DNA of 62,111 nucleotides, the filler included, from Choristocarpus tenellus KU-1152 (taxonomy: Eukaryota; Protista; Phaeophyceae), in the NCBI GenBank assembly GCA_964200185.2. It is 9 parts of 9 records of this genome, joined end to end, with 100 filler letters (N's around TTAATTAATTAA, not from the genome) between each part and the next. Parts side by side here need not be neighbours in the genome. Positions count along the whole stretch, not along the records: positions 48,723 to 55,946 come from CAXNAD020006510.1; positions 56,047 to 62,111 come from CAXNAD020009033.1; 7 more parts are not named here. One strand, written 5' to 3'. Below the pieces are notes generated by a model. That model was given only the letters and a program-made list of their open reading frames with translations. It ran no database searches and was not told the DNA's origin. Shown here piece by piece: positions 50,483-62,111 of this stretch. The translations under genes were made by a program, and so were the position numbers. How positions within the stretch are numbered: the first letter of the stretch is position 1; each line of letters opens with the position of its first letter.

Positions 50483-53400
50483 ATGGCGGCTGAGAATCAT
50501 GAAGAAGAGGACAGTAGTTCAGTGGGGATGAAACTGGAAACTAGAGCCAAGAGGGAGTTGAACAAGGCGGAGATGGACACCTTGAACGCGATCAACATTC
50601 ACAAGGCCGTGGAAAAGAGTGACACGACTGCCATCAAGGAATATATCTCTCTAGGGGGTGATCTGGAGGCCCGGGACTGGGACGACTGTAAGAGACTCCC
50701 CACTCTAAGAATATTTTTCTTTGTATGCTGACCTACTCTGTTATTCATGGAGCACTCCTTTCTCCTCGCCAAGATACTGATAGAGCTATGCCCCGATCCA
50801 AATCGGCAGGCACCCCCCTGCATGTGGCCGCTGCCAGCGGACTGGTGGAAATCGTTGAATTATTAACTCGAAATGGAGCCAGGTAAGCAGTGAGTGGGAG
50901 GGAGGTTGTTTCACTTGATGAAACCAGTGAATAGAATCTCAAGAGGTCTTGCTCGTGTGCGATGGACACTCTCGAATATCCTATATATACTCGCACTACC
51001 TAGATGTCCTTCACACTTGTCTGGAGGAGGGCTGTGAAACGCCAGATTGTATTGATAGGGGCAAGAGTTCGCTATGATCAGGGTCGAGGGGGCAGGGTTG
51101 AAATCGTGATGTGACCCCTGTAAAGGTGCCGCCAGGCGTTGTTGGTTACGGAAGTGTTCGGACAATGGGAGAGATCACCCAAATATATTGGGAAAAGTCA
51201 CCGGACCTTGTCTTTTTCACACTGGATCATGAATGCTTTTGCATAGTCTATCCAGGAGTCCCTCGTTCAGTAGACTTTCATCCGACTCTTGCAAGATTTT
51301 GAGAATTGAGGAAATACCATCTATTACGGAGGGGTACGATATTGCTTGTATATTTCAAATACCTTGGAGATAAGATTCTTCTTGGGTGTTTTTTGTAGGA
51401 AACAACTCGTCGTACGTATAGGACCGATGGCTCGGACGTAGGGCATGACTCCGATATGAATAGAAATGATTCTGCAGTCCTCCAATGAGAAATTTTAGTG
51501 TACAACTTGCGCGGGTCCGTTTCTCACCCTTTCCTCCTGTCCGTTCTCCCTCTCCATATGATCCCCTTTCTGCACCTTCAGCCTGGACTGTGGCAGCAAG
51601 CTTAAGCACACACCGTTGCACCTGGCCAGTCGGTATGGGCACCTCATGGTGACATCGATCCTGCTCTCAATGGGTGGGACTGTCGATGCAAGGGATGTGG
51701 AGGGCAACACGCCCCTTCACAAGGCTGCAAGTAATGGGCAGACAGCCGTTTGCAGGGAGCTGGTGAAGAGGGGAGCCGACGTTTGCACCAGGAACAATGC
51801 TGACTACACCCCACTACACTGGGCTGCGTTCAAGGTCAGAATATTTGTGGTTAGAATTAGAGTTATTAGAGTTCAGGGTAGCTGCACGGGCCGGGGAACC
51901 AGGGGCAGGGGCAGGGGCATGAGCAAGGAGGTATTGCAAACGTAATTGGAGGATGGAGTGGAATGGAGTGTCCTACATTGGATCTTTGGTTGAGAGGTAC
52001 AAGAAGGGCTCGTTACTGAAGTATTCCTCTTTACTGTAATTTGGTGTAATCCTGTAACCCATAATCTATGGGGGGGGGGGAATGCAACAGTATGGCAACA
52101 CTATGTGTTACAACGTTCTGTGTTGATTGTAACATCTTGTGAGGCAGGAAATAGTAATGCATGTCCTGCTTCATTGAGTATAGGGTTACTTTTTGGTGAT
52201 TGAGGAGCACGCCTTATCTTGTGGGGAGGGGACAGAGAGTGGCAAAGATAGTGGGACATGCGATGGGATTAGTAGTGTAATCTGGCGTTTGGTTCGAACT
52301 TGTTCAGGCTTGTGGCATTTGATTTAGTGATTTGATTTGAGTAATTTCTCCAGGCATTTGATTTAGTCTTGCACCCTTCAAACTCATTACAAGACTGGCT
52401 GAGATTCTCATGACAGTATACGAACTTTGGAACACCTATACGCCTCCCCCTGTCTCTAGACTTAGAATCGTGTTTGTTTTTTCTCCTCTGTAGTGCTACA
52501 GACCACGACACAGATTACATGTTATCTGCTGATTTTAAAATTAATTATTATTTATTTCATGTTATCTGCTGATTTTTGAATTAATTATTATTTATTTCAT
52601 GTTATCTGCTGATTTTTGAATTAATTATTATTTATTTCATGTTACCTGCTGATTTTTGAATTAATTATTATTTATTTCATGTTATCTGCTGATTTTTAAA
52701 TTAATTATTATTTATTTCATTGATCGCAGTTGTTGGGTTTCGGCCAATTCTAGTCTGAGCTGATCCACAGCACTGGCAAAATGGACTTGGTGGGTTGCTT
52801 TCAGTTGTGTCACAACCTTCACTTGGCTGGGCAAATGCAAGTGGTGCAGCCAATGGTCTCGTCAGGTTCCAATATCTTCCCACTTGTCCTCAACAGGTCC
52901 ATAGGGTTAGGGTTAGGATTAGGGTTAGCCTAACCCTAGAGTACTACAATGGTGCAGTCCACGGTCATCCCTCTTACACTGTTTTTGACAGGGCTAGTTG
53001 AGGGCCATTTCACACATCTTAAGGTCCAGTCCTATGGCCAACCTGTTTCCAGTGCTTTTTTTTTTGGAGGATTGATCCAAGGTCGCTTCAAAATTTCATG
53101 GTCCAGTCTTTTTTTTTTTTATGGTCCAGTCTGTGGTCATACCCAAGTAAGAATAATAATAATAATATAATAATAATAATAATTATTATTATTATACGAA
53201 TCGGTCCGGTTGGTTGGGCAAGTTTGGTTCTTAAATTGTCTGCATCGTGTTTTAAAAGGTTCAGTATGTGTGTGTGTTGTTAGTGTTTTGGATGGCGTTT
53301 GTCTTCATGGGTTAGAATAGTTTCGAAAGGAACCTTGTCTTTCACACCTTCCAAATCAGGGTTAGGGTTAGGGTTAGGGTTACAGTGGTTCAGTCCACCA

Positions 53401-55427
53401 CAGTACAGTATATTTGGTTTTGACTGAGACAAAAACATCTTGTGTCATACTGTGTCATCTATGTCATCTACTCGTATACTGTTGAGAGGTTGATGCCATA
53501 GCATCATACCCCTAACCCTAAGAGTACTAAGTACAAAGTCAGCAGTGAAGTGAAAATTTCCAGATTAGTCAGTGGCCTGCCAGGTTATTTCCTCCTATAG
53601 AGGAAAAAAATTCAGGCCAGGACTGTCGCAGATTTTTTAATAGAGCCAGTTCACCCCTTATTATCAATAGAGCCAGTCCAGGGTCATCACAAATTTCTAC
53701 AGGCTGGTCGTTCGGTAGGCTTTGATCGGACCAGGACAATGTTAAACACCTGGTACAATCAAAGGTCCTGGTTATTTGACTGCCTACCCCGCCCCCTCCC
53801 CCTCCCCCTTCCCTACAGGACTCTGGAGGTGTGCAGGTTAGAACATATGTTACATTAACATGTGTTACATTAACATGTGTTACATTGAAAAACATTTGTC
53901 TGTGGAACCAGTGGCTATACTTAGGGTTAGGGTTATGTTCATTTTGAGGGTTAAGCGTGAAATTGCTGGTTGAATCTATGCTGAGTTAGACGATTCTGAA
54001 TAGATGATTGAGTTATTTTTGAGGGGGAAGGCGGACTTTAGTGTTTCACATGGTTTGAGGGGGAAGGCGGACTTTAGTGTTTCACATGGTTGTGGGAATG
54101 TGTTTATTATTGGGGTTAGAATGGATCGGTGGTAAACATGACATGATAGTGAATAATAATAATAATAATAATAATTGCAACAAAGGACTGTTGGAAGTGA
54201 ACTCAGGAAAGAACCTATCCGATGCGAAATTGGTGTTACCTAACCCTAACCCTAACCCTAACCCTTAGAAAATATTATAATTATAACATATAGAAATCAG
54301 AAAATGAATGAGGTTCGCATGGCGGCTTTTTTGACACTGTGTCGGATGGTGCCAGTAATAATTCCAACACAAGATTTGTAGTTCTTTGTTGATGGACTAT
54401 CACTCTTGACTATCACTCTTAGGATTAGGTATGATCACGCCTAACTGTATGTTCTTACTCTGGGTAACATAACATTCTATTTCAAGACAGGGTAACATAG
54501 GCTGTGTCCCTTTGCACTCTAGTCCGTAACATGCACAACAGAGTGTTTTGACCAGGAACGCTTGATTTCAAGCTATACATGCTGTGTCCCCTAACACTCA
54601 AGTCTATGTCATGTTCAACACAGTGTTTTGACCCACAGCTCTTGAGATGGAGATGTTTGTAACTCCCTTGAGAGCAGCCCTCATTGTTCCCCGCTCTGCT
54701 TTGCGTTGATGTTGACTTCCTGTCAGCATATGTTGTGTCCTGAAGAACTTCACCTTCAAACATACACAAGACATGCTGTACCACATAACACTCATGATGA
54801 GTAACACAAAACATACCCAAAGTTGCCGAACACTCAAGTCCAATACGTAACGTGTACTGAAGTAAATAATGTGTTGCGTCTCATAACGTGTACTGTATAC
54901 ATAACATGTACTGAAGAGTCAATTAGGGTTAGGGTTAGTTGTACTGAAGAGTCAATTAGAACTTTGACATGTCAGGGTTAGGGTTAGGATGTGGAGGAGA
55001 CGAGCACCTTTCCTTCTTTTTTTTTCAGTGTGGGTGCAAGGAAAAAAAATAATATGAGAAACGCCTGCTGTATGTACTAGATAAATATATATATATATAT
55101 AAATATATTTTTAACTTTTCTGAACCAACCAACCAACCATCTATACAATCCATGTAGATTCCGTCTTCACACAAGGGGCTCTCAGTTTGAATGTGTCTCT
55201 CTTCCCCCTCTTCCCCCCAATGAAACCGTTATCTGTACTAATTTGAATGTTTGTTGTGTGTTGTGTGTTGTGTGTTGTGTGTTGTGTGTAGGGTCACAAG
55301 TCTGCAGCCGAGCAGCTCCTCAAGTGCGGGGCCGATATCAATAGTTTGAGTTGGTGGAATTCGAGTGCCTTGTTCATCAGCAGTTTTTATGGGCATGTTG
55401 ATGTGACCATGATGCTTCTTGCATGGG
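50483..55427 (+). CDS. Ankyrin-repeat protein, 3'-partial; 4 exons
   Basis: Exons 50483-50687, 50810-50882, 51582-51834 and 55292-55427 have GT-AG borders and compatible phases. The product has repeated ANK motifs: GGDLEARDWDDCTPLHVAAASGLVEIVELL, HTPLHLASRYGH, GNTPLHKAASNGQ, YTPLHWAAFKGHKSAAEQLLKCGADIN, SALFISSFYGHVDV. Further exons are presumably beyond the contig end at 55946. Confidence 0.9.
52518..52720. repeat. 40-bp minisatellite x5 in ankyrin gene intron 3
   Basis: catgttatctgctgatttttgaattaattattatttattt, nearly perfect copies. Confidence 0.95.
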
Positions 55428-56071
55428 GTGAGTGTTGACGTTTTGAGGGTACTGAGAAAAACGTCAAAAACGTCAAAAACGGGGTTTTTTCCCACCCTTT
55501 TCCTCTTCCACCTGCCCCTCCCCCAACCTTTGGAGGGTTTGTTTTGGAAATGGATGATCAGTCATTCTGTAGATTTTTTTGAGGGGGGCTTGTTTAGTGT
55601 TTTAGTAAATTTTTTTCAGCATTTGGAGTGAAGGTTTGTTCAACCCACTGGTTAAAGGTACAAGATACATAGGTGTGTACATAGCTTTAAAGCTCTCAAC
55701 ACCCTGTCTGATTCTGGTTGCCGATGGTCTTTCTGTGATCACTTTTGCACTATGAATTTTCTCATATTTTGGGAAATACATATATACATATTGTTCTGCC
55801 TGCAGAGTTGTCTCGCCTTGTCAGTGGCTCCAGCTTCACTTCCCGCTTCTGTTTCTGTCATTATATTGATGGATGTTGATGTTTTGGAATTGTTCTGGAG
55901 GGCCATGACCCAAAGTATCTTGTGGGGGGGGGGAGGTCTACACCAGNNNNNNNNNNNNNNNNNNNNNNNNNNNNNNNNNNNNNNNNNNNNTTAATTAATT
56001 AANNNNNNNNNNNNNNNNNNNNNNNNNNNNNNNNNNNNNNNNNNNNCATCCTATCCATGAAGCTTATGAAT

Positions 56072-56268
56072 GATTTCCCAGCTCGCCACGATTAATTAGT
56101 TGCTTCGACGATTGATTTCCCAGCTCACCACGATTATTCAGGGATGCCAAGATTAATCAGTTGCTTCGACGATTGATTTTCCAGCTCACCACGATTAATC
56201 AGTTGCTTCAACGATTGATTTCCCAGCTCACCACGATTAATCAGTTGCTTCGACAATTGATTCCCAGT
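56072..56268. repeat. About 42-bp minisatellite x4-5, followed by taaccctaaccctaa
   Basis: gatttcccagctcaccacgattaatcagttgcttcgacgatt units. Confidence 0.9.
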
Positions 56269-56689
56269 TAACCCTAACCCTAATTACTACAAATCGATAT
56301 TGTACCACATTAATTCTGTGCCGATTTTTTCGGGCATGCCTATGGGTGCACAAAATCGGGGTAGGTACTGTATGTGTCCTGTTTCTTCTATTGGCGGATA
56401 ACGGCAAATTCCAATGACGTCATCGGCGCGCGCATGTCTGTATGGCATCCAATCGTACCACAAAATGAGTGTCTCACGTATTCCCAACAAACAACTACCC
56501 AAACATTTATCTTCTGAAAACAGTGCGTGGTTGGGATGAGTTTAGGAAATATTTGAAAGGACACATTAGTGTTCTGCGAAATGTGAAAAACATACAAATA
56601 CTGGTATCGATATTAATGACGCAGGTATTTTCATGGAAGGTATGAAAGAATGAAATCTGATTGGATGGAGATATGATAAGGAGTGCAAT

Positions 56690-57355
56690 ATGCAACGGAT
56701 GCAGATTGATATATTGTTCAAAGGTCTTCTGCTGGACGTCATCTTCGCAGAGGTACAGGCAACTTCTCACCTCACTAACTCATCCACCAGCAATGGTGTA
56801 GCTGCTACTGCAGCTGAGGCTCAAAAGCGCACCCACTACGAGGGCTCCTTTGACCCTTGTAGTTATAACCTGAACACCTTTGCGGTGAAAGTTTTGGGCG
56901 CCTCGGCAAGCAAGTGGAATGCTTCCTGGATGAGCTGGCTACTCACATGGTAGGAGGGAGAGGAACGGGAGGATACGACCGGAGAGGAGTAGTTAAATCC
57001 ATGCTACGTCGAATTGTTTCAGTGACTACACAAGTGGCATTGTCTCAACGTGTCATGCGCTTCAAACTAGAGTCACCAGGGAGATGGGCACGAAGGGATC
57101 TGTTGGATTCTTGGGATGCCTCCCTAGCTCCCCCCCCCCGAAGGAGTAGGTAGATGGGAAGCAAAGGATGACAGTAGTACAATATTTTATATTGGGGAAG
57201 TAACTGATAGATTAGTGGTTTCCACACTCACAATGTGTTAGAGTGTTCTTATGTTTAGGTTATTTTATTTCTTTAGGGCCAATAACGACATATGTATAGT
57301 TTTTATTGGTTTCCCCCCTGACATATCTGCAAAATGTCAGAGGCATAATAATATA
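56690..57355 (+). mobile_element. 3' fragment of an RLE-type (CRE-like) non-LTR retrotransposon, frameshifted, with 3'UTR, terminal stem-loop and (TAA)n tail
   Basis: LLLDVIFAEVQATSHL...GVAATAAEAQKRTHYEGSF...FAVKVLG, then after a frameshift FLDELATHMVGG...IVSVTTQVALSQRV. This fits the restriction-like endonuclease C-terminus pattern (DV...AA..AE..K...Y...F.P.AVE..G) of CRE/NeSL elements. It ends ccctgacatatctgcaaaatgtcagaggcataataat. Confidence 0.75.
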
Positions 57356-57695
57356 TATATTGTTCGTATGTATCCTTATGTTAGATTTTGTACCAAACCA
57401 TAAAGCATCATCCGTATACGTATGTACGTGATATACGTGTATGTGAATATCTCATTGTATCAGTTCGAGGTGAATAAACAAAACAGCTGACCCTATTCTA
57501 AACGAGAGAGGGAGGTGCACGGACATCGAGACCGGAATTAACCCACCCTTGGCGACCCCTCCATCCGGACCAGTGGCTAAGCGCAAAACTTGCCTTCTCC
57601 TCCCCTACAGGTTCCCACTGCCTGCTTCGCAACGCGCCCACATCACCCCAATGCAAAGGACAAACACGGAAAGGGCGTTGCAATTGCTGGATTTG

Positions 57696-57947
57696 GGGTG
57701 AAAGTATCTTAGAGGGTAGTAGTTTTGCTCTGTTTGTCCATTTGGGGCTTGGCTTCCCATGAGTTCTTTTGCTACACATTCCTTCCCCAAAATGCTTAGG
57801 AGTGGGTAAAATGTGTACGTTTTGAAACTGTGTGTCCGGCACATGGATCCTAACACTTTCTAACTAACACGACAGCCAAAATTACATAAAAATCGAAACA
57901 TTGGATTCTGACCCCCAAATGGACGCGGTCATAAGATACTTTGGCTC
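57696..57947. mobile_element. MITE family A, TSD tttg
   Basis: gggtgaaagtatcttagagggtag...taagatactttggctc, flanked by tttg/tttg. Confidence 0.9.
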
Positions 57948-59564
57948 TTTGAGGATGTCAAAAGCAGTACACAAGAAGTTAGTTTGAGAGGGAATAAATG
58001 TGCACAGTCATTCCAGAGCATTCAACCCAAGCGCACATAAGACAAATTTCATCCCCCACTCTCAGCAGACACCACCGCGCATGATGAATGATTTGCCTTA
58101 TCAACCTCCCTATCCTAGCTTCAATAACAACATGCGGCATCATACGTAAACTCAACCATTCAGGTTCAACCCTTGGTGTTCACCTATATATTTTTCCTCT
58201 TATATGCCCCTACGCACACTTAGAACCCATGCCGATTCCTTCTCGTCTTACAAACGTTTTGAGGCTAAGAATGTAAGGCTTGTGTACTATTTCCGAATTC
58301 GTTTATATTCAACCAAGCAACTCATACCAGCGTTGGAACATGGGGATGGGAAAGGATGATCGTTGGACATATATCCTTGGCCTGTTGGTGTCACGCGTTC
58401 GACGTGGCACTGTATCGGATTTCACCACCTGGTCTTTCCCCCAATGCATTCAGTCGCACATTCACAACATGTTACGTAAAACCCGCCGATCACTATATAT
58501 ATCAATCTTCGTTGGCCTTTCCGTAAGATTGGGCAGTTGTTCGTCCAAAATAGCTCTGACTGTGTTGTCCTACCTTCATTATCGGGATGACGACATAATA
58601 TTCCAGAGGCATAATCCACACCATAATGTACCCATCCCCCGAACGCGGTAAGGTCTGTGCGCGGGGGTATAACATAACCACACACACATCTTGTTTCTTT
58701 CAACCTTACTGTATGCAACACTACCTGTACTGTTGGTACCCACAACCAATGCATGGTGTTTCTAGCACAATAGCATCCGCTCATGAAATCACCATATTCC
58801 TCTCCAGAACACACACACCCGTCCATCATTACGCAACCCATTTTAATGGAACACTCCATCCCACCAAGAAACCCTCCGCAAAACTATAAGGTCGAAATCG
58901 TTATTCCCCACATTTTGAGACCATGTTCCTTTATACAACTCGTAAAAGAAATAGGCATACTATTCCAGCCCCGCCAACACATAGACTCGCATGAAGTCAA
59001 TGCATGTAAACGAAATAATGAGGTCACCATTATTTTGAACGATTGGTATTTAAGATTATACACATCTCTGGTATTGTCGATGATGCCAGCCACCACGTGC
59101 ACCACTCTCTCCCCCTTTCCTCCCAAATTCTAAAATGGTTACTACGATTGTTGAAGACCAAAAAAACAGCGTTTGTGCTATTCTTCCCTGAGAACATCAT
59201 GTGCATCAATTACCTGTCCTTGACAACACCCCTTTCTAAACGTCTATCATCGCATTGCACATCATTCTTTAACTTGCATGGCACCATATCCCTGGCATCC
59301 ACCTTGACCAACTCAACACAATCTTGTTAGAAAATCTTGAATCAAGGTCTACAGAGTTCACCAAGTGAACTATTTGTACACCGATCATATGCCCCGTCAC
59401 AAACATAGTTGTTAACATCGTTGCCCTAACTCCCATATCACACTTTTATGTTGATGTTCATAAGAAGTCACTTTCCTCTGTAGCCAACTCTCATCACTAC
59501 CCGCAGCACTTGACTGCTCACGTGATCTGTTTTTGTGGAAGGGAATAGATAATCCCCTTCGATG

Positions 59565-60090
59565 TTTTTCATTCCAACAAGTAATCATTTCTTTCGAGTA
59601 TTGCACCTCACCCTTTCGGAATTTTGGGCATCATTTTAGGATTCACCAGCAGAAGAAACCACTCTCCTCGGTAGCCAATTCTCATTACTTCCTGCAGCAC
59701 TTCGCTGCCCGTGTTAACATATCGTTGAAGAAGGAATACATGATATCCAGTGTATTTTTGCATTCAAAAGTAATAATTTATTTCGAGTATTGCAGCTCAC
59801 CCATTCGGAATTTTCGACATCATTTTAGGATTCACCAACAGAAGAAACCACTCCCCTCTGTAGCCAACTCTCATCACCCAACGCAACACTTCGCTGCCGA
59901 TATTAACCTGTCAGAGAAGGAATTCGTGGTCCCCAGTGAATTTTTGCATTCAAAAGTAATCATTTCTTTCGAGTATTGCATCTCACCCACTCCTATGTTT
60001 CGACATCATCTTAATATTCACCAACAAAAGTCGTTCTCCTCTATTGCCAATTCTTGTTACCCAACACTTTGGCGCTTCACTGCCCAAGCC
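59565..60090. repeat. Three diverged 186-189-bp tandem repeats
   Basis: The anchor gtaatcatttctttcgagtattgc occurs at 59581, 59770 and 59956. Confidence 0.85.
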
Positions 60091-60738
60091 ACATTTTTTT
60101 TTGCACGACTTTTTTTTTATCCGAAGAAATAAAGGATTCCCACGACACATGCATTCGGAAGAAAATAAATAAATCAAGTTTGACTTCTCAAGTATTTCTA
60201 ATTTTCAGATCCCGTCGAATATAACATATTTTTTGTAGCGCGACTTTTTTATTTCCAAGAAACAAAGGATCCCCACTAACCACACACCCATTCGGAAGTA
60301 AATAAATTAATCAAGCTTCGCTTCTCAACTATCTCTAATTTTCATCAAACGTCAGCCGACGCATTTTGAGAAAAAAAAACACCAACCACACCCATTCGGA
60401 AGTAAATAAATTAATCAAGTTCTACTTCTCACCTATTTCTTATTTTCAGATCCTGTCGTTCGAAATTCTGTCGACAAAATGGAAAGCCCGCGAAATTACC
60501 GCTCATCCGCTTTTCATATTTCATGTAAGACAGGCATTCTTTTAATGCTGTAAATTACACTATCTGCACACACGCATCATCTTTGGCAAACTACTCAATA
60601 GCCTGCTCGTTTGCTAAACACCTGTGACATCGCTTGTTTCATTTTCATCCCTACCTTACCACCTTCAACACTCAACCATGCGAAACATATAAACTTCATA
60701 CTTGACTGACCTCTCTTCCTAATACCTCCTTTCATTCG

Positions 60739-61800
60739 ATGCCACGTTTTCCTAAATCCTACACTGCATCAAGGACCACGAGCGTATCTGCTAAGAAAGA
60801 GTTGAACCAGAGGACCGTAGAAATTGGTTGTATTAACCTAGGTGCAACCAAAACAATCTACTTGGTCAGCTCTGGATTTCTATCACAGGAATTTAACGCA
60901 AATCTGCTGGACAAGGATAGAGTTGCCTTGATGCCGAAAGACCTCACGAGGGATCCCGAACAGGAAGCGGACCAAGCCTCGACCATCCTCAGTTCCTAGC
61001 CTCTCTCTGTGTGCTCCCGTTGGAAGACCACCATAGACGAGATAAAGGAGTACATGAAGGAGTACGGGTTTCCGGCTGGCCTTTCCATAAATGCTCTTTT
61101 GAAGAGGTACATAAGAGGTGGATTCGTGATGAGGGACAAGACGGGGACGAAGAGGAACCTGAAGGACCACAAGAACATCTATTATTGCCTTAACAGGCAG
61201 CACCGAGTAATGCTGCTCAGGATACTCAAGACCATAAGCAGGAGAGGATTCTGATGCTCAATATCAACGTTCCCGGGCTCGTCGACAAGGATTGGGCCTC
61301 GGGAGTAAACCACCGTCTGCAACGCTGCTGTATAACAACGAGCTTGTGTGGAAAATATTTCCGCAAAGCAACAGTGAGAAGGCGGAATCCATCTCTATCG
61401 GACAAGGTATGGCTTCGAGCAGATCCCACGTCCCCAACGTGGTGGACATCTTCCCCACAATGGTGTCATGGTTGCAGGCTATGAAGGACTTCCGGAGAGG
61501 ATTCGGAAGGGTTGAGGCCCTCTGTGCACTCCGCCGGACCTTAGCGATGACAGCAAGGAGAAGAGGCGAAAGGCGCTGGTCAGGCTGTATAACTATTACT
61601 CTCTAGGAAAGATTGACTTGAGGGATTGCCACGCCATATTCAAGGTAGCAGCGAGGAAAACCTTTGCTGCCAAGATCATGGCATTCTTGAAGGAGACATG
61701 GGTCGATACGAACTTGGAGAGTGGTGTCAACAGTGCTAGCCCTGGCACAGCAGCTCAATTCTACATTGCCATCGTGTGTCTCTGGTGCAGATTTCTGCAG
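60739..61800 (+). pseudogene. Degenerate intronless coding sequence of unknown family
   Basis: A series of same-strand, protein-like ORF pieces broken by stops and frameshifts (TTIDEIKEYMKEYGFPAG..., LLYNNELVWKIFP..., CHAIFKVAARKTFAAKIMAFLKETW). The family was not recognised. Confidence 0.4.
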
Positions 61801-61940
61801 ATGAAGGTAAAATTACGACCACTAAGTCTCAAGTGTTTCTTCACGTCATCGCATATCAATTATTTCTATTGTGTATTCTGGTCGACTCAAACAACCGCTG
61901 AATTGTTATCTGACGATACAACTCCTTTCGCCGACCTCAT

Positions 61941-62108
61941 GGGTCAAACTATCTCTGGGGGGGGTAGCGGCTGTCCATTTGGGACCAAGTTTTTCATGTT
62001 GCGATTTTTTGGTAATTTGGTTCCATACGTTGGATAATGAAAGTGCACTTTTCCTGGTTTGGTCCAAATGGACACCCTGGTGTAGACCCCCCCCCCCACC
62101 CCAGACCT
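61941..62108. mobile_element. MITE family B (right end near the window end)
   Basis: gggtcaaactatctctggggg...gtgtagacccccc...ccccaga. Truncated B ends also occur at 1-65, 5260-5306, 10328-10379, 10479-10497, 13352-13375 and 55907-55946. Confidence 0.85.
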
Positions 62109-62111
62109 TGG

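Noticed and set aside
53358-53382. True telomere
   Set aside because: Only about four units, internal to an intron and flanked by unique sequence.

Overview
Eukaryotic, intron-rich genomic DNA. The window is nine contigs joined by artificial 100-nt spacers (N44-TTAATTAATTAA-N44), so adjacency across spacers is not biological. A flagellated stramenopile such as a brown alga or relative is my inference, based on the axonemal dynein, the TTAGGG-type repeats and a CRE-like retroelement resembling those of Phaeophyceae. Main content: (1) a partial inner-arm axonemal dynein heavy chain gene (DNAH6-like) on the minus strand, 29 hand-spliced exons at 13879-34211 (about 1377 aa, tail/linker through AAA2), with one GC-AG intron and a strong phase-0 intron bias; (2) a partial four-exon ankyrin-repeat gene at 50483-55427 (+); (3) three elongator-type tRNA-Met(CAT) genes in an exact 588-bp tandem array; (4) about 27 copies or ends of three related non-autonomous TIR element (MITE) families with mostly 4-bp TSDs and often GAG/GGG termini (Sola2-like by inference), including nested copies and a poly-G family that sits at most contig ends; (5) a 78-bp (26-codon) tandem array that reads as a protein repeat; (6) 3' fragments of an RLE-type (CRE-like) non-LTR retrotransposon, plus minisatellites and degenerate ORFs. 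There is no CRISPR array and no prokaryotic system. The best novelty candidates are the Sola-like MITE system, the 26-aa repeat array and the tRNA-Met array.
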